Below, in pieces: positions 36,220 through 52,325 of a DNA stretch of 64,000 nt. The translations under genes were made by a program, and so were the position numbers. A model generated the notes under the pieces. The model saw only the letters and a list, made by a program, of their open reading frames with translations. It was not told the origin of the DNA and made no database searches. Origin of the DNA: the human T2T-CHM13v2.0 reference genome, Homo sapiens; assembly GCF_009914755.1 (NCBI RefSeq), contig NC_060942.1; one strand, given 5' to 3'. The first letter of the stretch is position 1. Every line of letters starts with the position of its first letter.

Positions 36220-38580
36220 ATTCCAACCCACCCGGGCCTGGGCGCCGCGGCTGCCTCCCCACTCCCACGCACACGGGGAGCTCCCCCGGGCTGTACTGCA
36301 CTAAAGGCACTCAAAATACATCAGCCTTTCCTTACCTCGATTCTTCCACCACATCCAGCATGGAGCTGCTGCTTCCAGAGATGTAGTCGCCTATCTGTGG
36401 CAACAATTAGTTTTAAAAATGGAGCCGCATCTCTAATAACAAAAGCCTCCAGCTGTGAAAAGTGGAGCTAAATCTCTCTACCGGGCCGCAGCATCTCTCA
36501 AGAACCTTTTCCCCGCAGCACCCGTCAAGGCCCAGGGCCAGCTGGACGCGGCTGCCCTGGGGTGGAGCCGTCCCCGTGGTCCCGGGAGGCTACCGACGAG
36601 CCGGGGCCCGGGGCCGGAGGGCGTGCTCCTCCGGGAGGTGCAAAAGTCGGCTTGGGCCCGGAGCTCCCGGGTTTGTTTGGTTTTGTCCGCGCCCTGCCCC
36701 CACCCTACCCCCTTCATGCAAAAGGCCAAGGGTTTCCGAGCCACCACTGCCCAGGCCGAGTTCACGCTTGGGGCTCTTCAGCCGCCGTCCAGTGAACAGA
36801 GAAAGCAATTGCGCAGAGGCGAGAGCAGGCTGAATGAACGCGGGCTCCAGGGGAAATAATTTTTCCTCCTGGCTTCGCGCGTCAGCACACTGGGGTGCAG
36901 CCCTCCCTCACAGAAGACCCCCCCCCCGCACGACCCCCTGTACACCCCCGCGGGGCTGCGCGTTCGTCTGTGCGGCGGGGTTTGGGAATGGAGGCGTGAG
37001 GACCGCGCATCGAGGGCTCCACAGGCTGGGCGGGGGGCGTCGTTGGAGGGGGGTAGGGGAGAAATGCGCGCCCACCACCCTCACAGAGGGCGAGGGACCC
37101 CCAAAAGCCACTCGCGGACGCCGAGGCAGCGGGAAGGCGCGAGGCGGGGCGGGGGGAGGGGGCGCGGGGGTCCCCGCTGCGGAGGCCAGGGCGGGCGGGA
37201 GGGGCAGCACCTGAGGAATCCGCCTCCGGCTGCGGCGGCCGCCGCCTCGCTCCGCCCCGGGGAACTGAGCGCGCGGACCGCGCGCCTGCCAGAGAGACGC
37301 CAGCCGCCGGCGGCGCTAGCACCTCGGAGTCGGGCGGCCGGAGCAGCGGAGCGCAGCGCGGCGCAGGGAACGGCACTGGGGGTGGGGAGACCAGCCCGGC
37401 CGAGCCGAGGGCCACCCCCTGGTCCTCTGCCCTCGCGCCCCGCTAGGGCCAGGTGAGCGGCCGCGGGGACTCCGGGGCGCGGGCAGGAGGTGAGAGGTCG
37501 CGAACCGGGCGCGGGAGCTCGCCTGTGACCGGCAGGAGCTGCCCTTTGGCGGGCTGGACGCCCTGGCCGCGCGGGGAAGCGCCGCAGCGGACTTTTCCGG
37601 AGGGATGGGAAGCTCAGCGGGGGTGTGAGCGGAGCGCGTGCGGGTGGCGAGGGAGCGCCAGTGCCAACCTGGGAGCCGTGCCTGCCTTCCCTGCCGCCTC
37701 GCGTCGCCCACCGAAGGGACCCGGCCGTGCTGTCCGCGCCCAGAGGCCGAAGGCCTGTCACCGGGCTCTACTCGCTGCCTTTGTGGCGGGAGCGAGACGG
37801 CCCGGGGGTGGGACGAGGGAGCTGCGGCGCGCCGAGTAGCGCGGGGTCCCCCGGCGGAGGCGGCGAGGGGGCACCTGGTTCGTCTCCCCGAGCCCAGGGG
37901 CAGTGAGGGGGTGCCGGGCAGGCGGGCGGGCGACAGGTAGGGCGCCGCGGAGGTGGCGGGGAGAGGATGGATGGAGTTCAGCCTGGGAAAGTTGAGAACG
38001 TCCAGAGGTGGCTGGGCGCTCGCTCGGCGTCTGTGGGTTTTTTTCCTCAACACCAAATGTCACTTCGTCACGAGCGGGCGCGCGTGTCTTCCGGCCAGCA
38101 TGTCCATTTTTCTGTGCATGGCTGAGGACCACTCTTATTCCGAATGAGACACAAAGAGTTGTGTTGACAGCTGACCCTGACACAAGCAGACAGCGAGTGA
38201 GGTGCGCCCTGGCCGGGGAGGGTGAGGGAGACTCGTTAAAGGAAATCCATTCCCGCCGTCCCTCTTCCCAGCTCCATTAAGAGGAAACTCCATGTGGAGA
38301 TTCAGTGCGTGGGGTTTCTCAGTTACATGAGTCCAAGGAACGTCCCCGAACGCGACTCGTTTGCCCGGAACTGCCGCTGCCTCTAACCGAGGCTGCGGGT
38401 CCTGGAGAAACTCCTCAGTCTTGCCCCTTTCTCCGGTGAACGTGACGGTTCCAAGGTCCTTATCCTCCCCACCCACTCCTCTGGCCCCGGCTGAGAGGAT
38501 AGAAACCACATTTTAATTTCTGCTTTTCACACCGTAAGGTGTTTTTTTCCGCCTCCCCCCGCCTCGAGGCGGGAATCCCT
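36220..38580. promoter_or_regulatory. CpG island promoter with GC boxes (Sp/KLF) near 37140-37205
   Basis: Abrupt switch to very high GC with dense CpG; GGGGCGGGG motifs; repeat-free; no TATA box seen. Confidence 0.93.
37205..37452 (+). other. Probable non-coding first exon (5' UTR) of an unidentified + strand gene; start approximate
   Basis: Directly downstream of GC boxes; no ATG; ends in donor CAG|GTGAGC; downstream DNA looks T/G-skewed like an intron. Confidence 0.65.
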
Positions 38581-40722
38581 GCTTAAATCACATTTTTAAA
38601 CCTAGCCGTTTAAATACAGGGAAGAGCTTTCCCACAAAAGGTTTTTGAACTCAGTCCCCCTTAATAAAACCTCTCATTCATCTATATATGTTCTTAGACT
38701 TTAAATCCTGGAACTCTGCTTTGAGTGTTGTGACTGTGTTGTTTCTTCTCTTTGCTGAAATTTTCTAGGAGGTTTTGTGAATGATACTGAAAAATTATTT
38801 AAAAGAGAAAAAATTAAATTGTTGAAATATTTAGTAATACAGTTACATGCATATAGGTATGTATTTCAAGAGGAAAATGTTTAATGAATGAATATATAAG
38901 TAGGGTAAACATTTCAAACAACAGTGAAGAGTATACAGTGTAAATTAAGCCCTCTTTCCTCTCCTCCATACAAGCCTTCATCCTTCTCAGAGGCAGCCAC
39001 TGTTGTATATTTTTTGTATATCTTTCCGTAAGTCTATTAAAATGGAATTACATTATAGATGATGAAAGGGATTGAATATAAGACTGAACTATATATTCGT
39101 GGTGATGACCATTAACTTGATACCCACTCATGATGACATGAGATTATTTAGCCAAATGTGGACAATTATTACCTTGAAGATCAGTTAGAGGGCTAAAAAT
39201 CTTAGAACAGTATGCAGTGGAAAGCAAAACTATTAAACTAATATCTCCTCCTGCACACACACCAGTTTCCCTACACTGGTTTTTGCAATCTTTATTGAAT
39301 TTTTCCTCCATTTTGGAATTCTTTATGAAGTAGAGAATGAGAACTGTAGTAGTTTACTTTGTCTACCGCAGTGTGTATCTGAAAACACTGAAAGGGCGTG
39401 TGTATACTCCCATTGACATGACATAATATAAAGATGTTAGTGGTAAAGGATAAATACGAAGGCCGAGTTTCAGATGTTTGGTTGCATCTCTTAATTCTAG
39501 GCCTGGATTTGCCACAAACCCGCCACACGACGTAACTTTTTTTTGGAAAACTTTGTTTCCCACTCAGTTAGATAAAGGAATTGAACTATGTGATTTTTAA
39601 GGGTCCTTCGAACTCCAGAGTTCTACGATTAAAATAGTTGTCCTAAAACTGGCTAAAGATAACCATTGGACTGTGGATGTTAGACAGTGGGGCGACAAAA
39701 AACATTCCTGAATGGTGGATTCATGAAGAGGAGGTTAGAGATGTTTAAACTATATCCCTGCTCTTACGAGTTTGATGTCATTGGAGAACAGCTACTCTCC
39801 TTACCCACAGAATGTGTGTTTATGTTGCTGATAGAGGCCAAACACCGGGCTGAGGGCCTCTCATGTCACCTTGTGTGGCTAAGGAGAGTGAATTCTCCTC
39901 GCAGCCCACAGTGTCATTTTTAGGAAAATTACTCTTACCAAACTCTTCTTTTTGGTAAAGTGGAAATTAACTTTACCTACTTGAAAGAGACTTGACATAA
40001 TTTAATTTATACTTCTCTGAAGTGTTTAGATTATGAACATCCCTTATAGCTAAGATATTTTAGTTACTTGATAAATATTCACCTAGGGAGTATGTTCTTA
40101 TTAGGAAACTTCTAATTTGTAAAGTACCTGCAGCCTTTGGGCTAATGATGGGGACAGGAGTTAAGGAGTGATTGTAAGGTTGTGAAAGTAAAAATTAGCT
40201 GATTTTAGTGACTGCGTATGGTCTAAATTAAGGGATTTCAAAGGTACACTGTAAGCGATGATTGCAAAAAGTGTTGATGTTAAGATAGAGATCTCATACT
40301 GAAAGCTAAAGCTTTCTAAAAGCACCGCTGATGAAACATATGTAATTATTTTGAATAAGTCTAATATAAATTATAAATTCGCTGTAGGAATTGTTTGGGA
40401 TCCTAAGAATAAGAACTAGAAGAATATATTTGTAAGGGTACTTAGAGTAATATTGATTGATTAATGAAGCTGACAGAAACAAAAGAAAATTCAATACCAG
40501 TAGTGAAATTCTTCAAAATGGTAATGGTTTTTATTTTTTCCAGCTCCCTTCCCAATCTTGCCATATGAATGAATATTTTTACAAATGTTTTATATTGCAG
40601 ATAATTTTCACCCTGTTTTTTATAAACATTTTTTCTATAGCTTACTTCCCATTATTTACAATAATTTTATAAAAGTTTATGCAATGGATGTTCATTATTA
40701 ACTTAAGCCTTCCTGTTTTTGA

Positions 40723-41080
<358 letters not shown>

Positions 41081-41164
41081 TATAATGCCTATTCTTATAC
41101 ATGTAACTTTATTTCTTTTCTTTTCTTCTTTTTCCCTTAACTTCCTTAGGATCTTTTTTTTCTT

Positions 41165-41375
41165 GAGGGATAGTATAATGTAGTTGTAAATGGGTGGGTT
41201 CTAAAATTAGAGGTTGTGGGTTTAAACCTAGCTCTAGTACTCATTGGCAATATTGGACAAGTAATTTATTTTCTCAGAACTTTAGCTTACTAAGATGTAA
41301 AATGGGTTATATTAATAGTTCTTTAAAGTTAAGATAAAAAGCAATAACACATGAAACACATAAATGTTAGCTCTT
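41165..41375 (+). mobile_element. MIR
   Basis: GGGTTTAAACCTAGCTCTAGTACTCATTGGC...TTGGACAAGTAATTTA...TGTAAAATGGG. Confidence 0.65.
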
Positions 41376-43189
41376 ATTTTTATTAGGAAATTTCTAGATT
41401 TACAGTAATTTCCACATTACTTTCTAAAAGGACTATATAAATTTATACTGTCATTAACAATCTATGTGTGTGCTTATGTTATCTTAAAACATATTATTGT
41501 TACTAATTTAATCAGTGTAACATTTTATACCTTTCTTTTGCTTTGCATTTCTTTAGTCTTATACAAAGTGAGGGATAGTTTTTTCCGCCATATTGCTATA
41601 GTTTTCCAAACTGAGTGATGGAAATTTCATTACCTCAGTCATTTTGAGCTGTACCATAAGCTAGACATATAGGGGTGGTCAGTTACACCACTAATGAATA
41701 GTGAACCAAATTTTCCAATAGACTTTTTTCAAACTAATTGTAGTTTTCTTGTATTTTCAGTCTATGGTAATATTTATTAGCTATTATTATTATTTAACTC
41801 TTAGAAAAGTAGCTGTTAACTAAGATATAAACGATATTTAAGTGAAAATGCAATCTTCCTTGAAGAGCTGATTTGTGGTTAGTATTGTGATCACAGTTTG
41901 CTGGAATTTTACTAGGAATGCTTCTCAAAACTTGAGGAAAAATCAGAGAGAAAATTTATGATCTCCAATCATGTTATCTTTTGGCTACAAATGGATAATG
42001 AAGTTATGCCCACTGACTTGAGTTCTTATATAGTCAAGGTAATTTAGACTACAAAAAGCATGCCCTTGTGAGTTCTGGAGTTCCAGCATCCCTGATATTT
42101 TTGGCAAATATACACCCAACATGGATAACAGCAGCTCTTTGTGCTGTTGAGCCCCAGGAGGGCTCCCTATTGTGTACACTTTCTTCCCTCCCATTCTTGA
42201 CTGGTGACAGCAACTCCTTCAAGTCCAGATGTGGAGTCCCACAGTGACTCTTCTCTTCTACCCAACTCTGTATTTGCCCCTACCACCCCACCCTTCAGTG
42301 CAGTTGTTTTTGACCTGCCTATGATGTAGAGAATTCACTATCTTTTCAAGGTTGTGGTTTCAGATTTTATTTTTATTTTTCCCTATGCTTTATGAGTATC
42401 TTCAGCAGTCCCTACAGTAGGGACTGTAGCCATGTTAGCATAGATTAACACATAATCACTTGATAAATGTTTGTTGCTGTGAACTATATCTTGTATTGTC
42501 TTCTCTGTTCCTGGTCATAGTTCTGTTTTTATGGTGCCAGTCTGCAGAAGCAAGCACCAGTTGTGTCCTGTATTCCCGTGTTTGCCTATATTACCAAGGT
42601 TAGGAGTTAGGAGGAGACCTGCTTGTTACGGCTCTTCCAACTTTTTGTGTGCTTAGGAGACTTTCTTAACTCCTGTGCTTTACTTTTCTTCTGTAAAATG
42701 AGATTAACAATTACTGCTCTAATTACCAACCTTCTGGATAGGTTTATTTTGAAGATAAAATGAAATAATAAATGTAGACATATTTTAGAAAAAAGGATCT
42801 ACAAATTCGTATTATGTTGTCAAAATTACATAATGTCACTACCCTTCTAGGAGTGTCCATATCTTTGAGAAAACCTCATCTTGATGTAGAGTTGCACTTA
42901 GAGCTTGAGGTTACATGCAGATTCTTGGGGTCCACTCTGACCTGTTGAATCAGAAATTCTGGGGATAAGGCCTACCAATCTGCATTTTAACAACCCTTCT
43001 GATACTGAAGCACTGTTCTAGGGAGTAAGAAACCTCAGCGCCCACTAAAAAAGTATTCTCCTAATAGTTAAATATTAGTTATAAAATAATCCAGAAATAT
43101 CATAAATCATTTTTGCATGCTAACCATGGAATGAAAATTAGCTATTATTAGCTGCTATTTGTCTTTTAATCTCTCTAAATTTAATTCAG

Positions 43190-43491
43190 GTAGGAATTGT
43201 AAACTCAGATGTGTGGAGGGGCCAAGCAGTAAACCTGAGTTGTGAAGCAAGACACTTGTAAAGTAATAGAGGTGATGAGTTCTGGTGGACAAGAAAGTCT
43301 GAGGGTGGCAGAGTTTCTAAGGCTCCACTGATTGTTGCCTTTTGGGGTTGTGGGCCACTGTTGCTAGGCCATTTGATTTTTCAGGTGAAGCTAGAAATTC
43401 ACATTTTTATGTGAATTTAAATGTTGGCAATACATTTTAAAGAAAACACATGGACCTAATAATCTGGAAGCCAGATAACTTCCAACCCCTG
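43190..43491. mobile_element. MER102-like hAT-Charlie element
   Basis: GATTTTTCAGGTGAAGCTAGAAATTCACATTTTTATGTGAA; ends CAACCCCTG. Confidence 0.55.
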
Positions 43492-43767
43492 AGTTAAATA
43501 ATATGGGTGAACATATTTGCATTTGAATGAGTGTGATGACAGAAGAAACAATCCCATTCAACATTATTAATAATCAAAGAAATGTATATTAAAATCACAC
43601 AGACACTTTTTAACTTTCAGATTACAAAGATTCAATAGATTGATAAAATCTAATGTTGGCAATTGGATAAATAAATGGTTGTTCTTATACTAAGACTGAT
43701 GGCAAATGATTACAACTTTTCTGGGGAGTAATTTGGCATTATGTTTCAAGACTTTAAATGTCTATAC

Positions 43768-43976
43768 CTGCCTTGTCCAATATGGTAGCCTCTAGCCACA
43801 TGTGGCTATTTAAATGTAAATTAGTTAACATTATATACAACCAAAGATTCAGTCTCTCAGTTATACTGGTTACATTTCAAGCACTCAATAGCTGCTCATG
43901 GCTGGTGGCTGCCATGTTGGACTGTGTAGATATAGAACATTTCCATCACTGGAGAAAGTTCTGTTGGACAGTGCTG
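43768..43976. mobile_element. MER3 (hAT-Charlie MITE), 209 bp, inside an L1ME fragment
   Basis: TIR-like TGTCCAA / TTGGACAGTGCTG; 8-bp TSD GTCTATAC / GTCTAAAC. Confidence 0.9.
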
Positions 43977-44546
43977 GTCTAAACTCTTTGATTTGGAAAT
44001 TTCCCTTTTTGGAATTTGTTAGAAAAAAACAATTAGACAAATGCACAAAGGCATATAGCAAAAATATCACTTGAAACATTATTTATAAAAGTAAAAACAT
44101 TAGAAACCACCTAAACACCATGTTATTAAAAATCAAGTTGTAGTAAATATCTATGAAAATAGTGTTACATATGTCGTGAAACTATTTCTATTGTAGAATC
44201 TTTTTTTTTTTATTTAGGTAGATAACTTAGTTACAAGGGGTTTGGGGATCACTTTTTCTCTTGTCACAAACGCACATGAGTATGACAGAGCTTTCCCTTT
44301 TTAGCCTACAGCTCTTATAGTAGGATGGGTTGACTTTCACTAAAACATGAGCAGAGGCACTTGAGAACTCTCTAAATAACATCCGTATCAGCTGGATTCT
44401 TGTTAGATATTCAAAATCTCAGGCCCCATCCCGAGCTTACTGAATCAGAATCTCTGGCAGGACCCAGGAATCTTTATTAACAAACTGTCTGCTTACTAGT
44501 GGTATCTGCCTTCTATCACTGAATTGCTCAAGCTTCAGTTGTTTTA

Positions 44547-45081
<535 letters not shown>

Positions 45082-45394
45082 CTACGGGTGTCATTGAGAA
45101 GTGACTTGAGTGAAGACACAAAGAGGTGAGGGACTGAGCCACTGGAAAGGTTAGGGGAAGAGGGTTTCAGCTTGTTGTTAGAGGGGCAACTAGGAGGCCT
45201 GGGAGCAGATGGGGAGAGGTAAGCGAGGGAGCGAGTGGGGGATTAGGTCAGAGAGGTAATCTAGATCTTTTTACTTCAAATTCTTTGTTCTCTCTAGTGC
45301 ACCACACTCTCAGATTCTTTGGTTAATCAGTTTGTAAAGAGATCAAACATCCTGAAATTCACTGTTCTTTAGCGTGATCTGTCAATTCCTCCTG

Positions 45395-45580
45395 CCACAT
45401 TTGCCTGGGGTGCTTGTTAAATACGGATTATTGATCACTAGACCCACTAATAAGAATTTCTAGGGTGGGACCCATGAATGTGCATTTAAAAAAAATGTTC
45501 TGCCATAGTCTGAGGATGAATGTGCATTTTAAGTGTCTTCCCAGGTGGTTTTTATGGACATAAGTCTTAGAACTACTACT
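45395..45580. mobile_element. MER5-type MITE (similar remnants at about 42880-43020, 44385-44490, 50544-50672)
   Basis: CCTGGGGTGCTTGTTAAAT...GAATTTCTAGGGTGGGACCCATGAATGTGCATTT. Confidence 0.6.
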
Positions 45581-46067
45581 CAAATGTATCATTCTGTAAT
45601 TTTAGTTATTTTTAGAGCAGATGCACTTGAAGTTGTCACCTCTGCCTGTATAGGTTAGTGTGAAGAGAAGATGTAATTGGTATAATATCTCTCTGTATTT
45701 TTAAACCAATTTAAATGGACACTAATATAAGTTAACATGTATATCTGTTTGGGGTATTCAGGGAACTCTGAGTCTGTTACCATAACTTGTATCCACATCA
45801 GAGGGTGGGGGAACCTTTTCACTTGAGAGTTCTGCCTCTCACCCATACAGTCTGTTCTATTTTTTGGAAAGGGCACATTTATATCTCTTTGGTTTTTTTC
45901 TCATGTTTTCTTTCTTTTCCTCTTGTTTCCTTTCTTCTTCCTTTTCTCTCCTTGAAATCTAACCACGCTAAGTCAAACATCATCAACATTTTGGTAGCCA
46001 TTCTTTTATGCATCTCCATGCATATTTATATATAATCAATATTAATAATCTTACATGAATAGGATCA

Positions 46068-46241
<174 letters not shown>

Positions 46242-46723
46242 TTACTTCTTTTTTAAAAATTTGAGGGCTGTCTTTTCCCTTTCCCCTTTCTTTTCACTCC
46301 AACAATGTCACTCATCTATTTATGTTGTTACAACTTTTTCCATGATCATGTACCCTTATATATATTTTAGTACTGTATATGTGCTATCATATCTTTCTAA
46401 TTTTCACCTAATATTCAATAAAACACAAGGAACATAACTCTAAGTTAACTGGTATAGCTTGTCTTTATTCTTTTAAATTATTATACAATATCCTATAAAA
46501 ATAATCTATAGCATCTGTATTCCACAGTTAAACAACCATTACTTCATTGAAGGGCATTTATTTAAGCCAAACAAGAAACAAGAGGTATATATTAAAAGAT
46601 AGACATATGATAACACAATTTAAAAACATTTTTGTAAAGCAAGAACCATAAATAAATGCCATAGACATATGATAGATTGGGGAAAAAAATCTGTACCATA
46701 TGCAAATAAAAGATTATCATCTC

Positions 46724-47117
<394 letters not shown>

Positions 47118-47333
47118 CTATTCACAGAACCACTATTCCAAATGGTCAATAAGTATGAAAAATGCTTAGCCTTATTAGTTGTTTAGAAATGCAAGTTACA
47201 AATAATAGTAAACTGTCACTTGATACCTACTTGATATTACTATAGAACTTTAATCAACATTAAAATTTCCAGAAGTAGTTTATTTGTTCTTTGAAAAATC
47301 TGTGCAGAAACATTTGTTTTGAAAGTTATATTA

Positions 47334-48009
<676 letters not shown>

Positions 48010-48306
48010 TTATTTTATTTCAGTCTTAGCTCATAAGCCAAATTATGAGAACAGAGCTTAGAAAATTTAATTTTGATATCAGTTGCCCATTTGTATTCAA
48101 AAGGGTTTCCTTCTGTTTTAAGACAGAGCTTTGTTGGATTTTAGAGCCATAGATCAATCTACCCTGAGAGGAAAACACTGCAGGGTTTACTTGACTTGCC
48201 CAAGATCACTAAACTAGTCCTGCATGTTTTCTGGTTTACCATATTGTTTCACAGTGCCTTCTTATACTTGTAATTGCAGCTAATATAGAGAAAACATATT
48301 TCAAGA

Positions 48307-48654
<348 letters not shown>

Positions 48655-48886
48655 TAGAGAAATTAAATGTAATGTGTTTAGATTTTAAATAGAAATAGTA
48701 GCATGTGAGAATGATATTAACAAATCAGAAAAAGAAACATTACTTGTAATTCTACCGTCCTTACAAAGTGAACTGTTATTGCAGTTCTGCTTCAAGTATT
48801 TATCTCTATGCATTAATGATTTTACATACTGCTAATATGATTTCCCTAATATTTCCCAAATCTTTTGGTAACTTTGACTTCCAGGC

Positions 48887-49426
<540 letters not shown>

Positions 49427-51797
49427 GCTTTTGGGCTTTTTAAGCTGGTCTGCATGACTCTACTTTCTGTTTTTCACGCGTATCATTTTTAATCCTTGAA
49501 CATTGTTTTGTATCATTCTACAAATGATCAAATGTCTTTTATAGGTACCAGTTGCCTCCCTTAGCGTTTCCCAAAGGGTGGGAAACGCTTAAACATTAAC
49601 ACCCCAGTCTTACACTGTCAGCTGCATGTAAAAAAAGCACAAAAAACTAAAGGTATTAAACAGTAATGAGTTGGTTATATCACCAACATTTCTCAGGGTG
49701 GCAGGAAGGGCACTGCAATTCTTGGGTTAATTTGGGTGCTTGACAATGTCCTCAAGAACCAAGATTCTTTTGGTCATTCTCCGCCATCCTCAGCTTGTTG
49801 GTGTTTGTCTTCCAGCTTGTCTTTTCACTATCCCAAGATATTTGCAGCACACACGACTCATACCCTCACACAGCTTTGACTGGAGTCAGAAAAAGGCTCT
49901 TTATGTTCAGGCTAAATGCTTTTAAAAGAATTTACCTACACACATTGATGTCCCAAATCTTAGTGAGACTTCACTGTATGGTCATGCGTCAGCCAGTCAC
50001 TGACAAGGAAAATGGGATTACCATAACTGATGTAGAATATTCAAGATTTACTCCAGAGCCTGGGAAAGGGTCTATTTTTTGAGGTAAGCATGTACAAACT
50101 GTGGGGTTAATATTGAAAAAGATCAGGAAATGGCTTGATTAGGCAACCAGCAGTGTGTGCTATAAAATTGAATTTACTTAGTTCCCTTCAAGGCTCTTCA
50201 TAATCTGACCCCATGATAATTTAATATAAAACCTCTATTCTAGACAAGCCAATCAGTTGTCTTTCCTGCCTATCTATCCTGCTCATGTGCATTCCTACCT
50301 GTACCTTGATATACATTATTTCACTTTCTTAGAAAGTTCTCCCTGTTTATTAGAGCTAATGTGGCTGTTTTAATTAAAATTTAAAATTTAATTCCTTAGG
50401 CACACAAGTCCCACTTCAGTAGCCCTGTGACTAAGCGGCTACTGTATTGGATAATGAAGGAACGGAACATTTCCATAATCACAGGAAGTTCTGACGGAAA
50501 GCACTGCTCTAGAAATTCTTACAAAGCATACCTATTATTTACACAGTGTTTGTCAAACTATGGACCACCTAGATGAGAATCAGCTGTTTGAGATGCTGTT
50601 TAAATGCAGATTCTGAGCCCTAGGAATAGGCCCTGAGCCACTTTCATGCCCAATAAAGATGAAGAACACTGCTTTGAGATCTAGTTTTGTTTCTTTTATG
50701 GAAATATACTGACCACTGGAGTTTTCATTAATTTTCTCCTTCTCTAGACTTCTATAGCATTCATAGTTTATATATAAAGTTTTAGAATTTCTTTACAATA
50801 TTAATATTCTCTAATTGTCTCAGAAAGTATTCTTCCTGAATATTAGAGTATAAGCTTTTTAAGAGGAGGTACTATGGCATATTATCACTTGTATTTTCCA
50901 AAACATCGAATATAAAATAGGGTGCATAGTAAATATGAAGTATTGACTGCTTAATTACATTCTACAGAATTGTCAATCTATAGTATATTCACTTGGCAGT
51001 TCTTTGAAAATCATAATACTGTCTGCAATATTGAATATGGATGATAGAGTATTTCTGTAATTTTTTTTCTTAATTTTATTTGTTGGAAATAAACCTGAAA
51101 ATCTTGGTTATATTTCTAACAAGTAGTATATGAGGATGTTCCCCATAATAAATTAGCATCATTTTAAAAAATGGCTATTTTAAAGTGCCCTGATCTTTTG
51201 ATTCTCTTTGTGGAACATAAACTAGTCAAACTTCTGAAGCCATAGTTGACAAAGCAACTTTCTGTTGCAAATGAACTCCCCTCTTGAACCAGGGTTCTTC
51301 TCCAGATTAACTAGAGAATTCAGGTAGCTGTTCTGGCTGCTCTACTTTGATGATTTAATAATGGCCTGAAAATCGCTGGAGCAGGAGGTTAAGATCTTGG
51401 CAACATTAGAGAATAGTTAGGTGTACATTTTCACAAGTTGGAGCACAGTGAATGATCAAGGTGGAATAGTAATAGGGTAGTCATGACTAGCAGCAACTCA
51501 CTTAGTTCTAAGGTGAGGAATATTTCTCTTTGTGCATAATTTCACAGACTGTATCATTCCCCAGGGTGATGTGAAAACAACTACATTCTCTGGTAGGCTC
51601 ATTACCTTTTGGTACAAAAATCAATCTAATCTATTAAGAATAAAATCTCTATTGAACAAATAACTACCTTCCTGAGACTCTTGATATTTTTTACTCTGAG
51701 ACAGTTGCCACATAATTTGATTCCAAAACAGGTCACATTTCTGAGATAATGAATCAATGCTGCCAAGCATGATGGCTGGTACAAAATAGACTCCCAG

Positions 51798-52098
<301 letters not shown>

Positions 52099-52170
52099 TT
52101 AGTTATTTTTCCTCATTAGACTTGTTGAATTTGAATGACAAGTCTCAGACTTATTAGAGAGTAGCAATTA

Positions 52171-52325
52171 GTTGCTACTATGCCCGGCTAATTTTTTGTA
52201 TTTTTAGTAGAGACGAGATTTCACCGTGTTAGCCAGGATGGTCTCGATCTCAACTGACCTGGTGATCCGCCCGCCTCGGCTTCCCAAAGTGCTGGGATTA
52301 CAGGCATGAGCCACTGTGCCCAGCC
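52171..52325 (-). mobile_element. AluY-like left arm plus linker, no tail
   Basis: CCGTGTTAGCCAGGATGGTCTCGATCTC; flanked by GCAATTA repeats. Confidence 0.9.

Noticed and set aside
37408-37425. CTCF-like GGACCAGGGGGTGG in exon 1 (minus strand)
   Set aside because: Several core mismatches, and chance matches are common in GC-rich DNA
37205-37452. Assigning a gene symbol to the promoter
   Set aside because: No coding exon in the window and I do not recognise the 5' UTR; needs BLAT
36455-38509. Long overlapping ORFs up to 246 aa in the CpG island
   Set aside because: Pro/Arg/Gly/Ala-rich and open on both strands because GC-rich DNA lacks stops; no recognisable domain; many lack a true ATG
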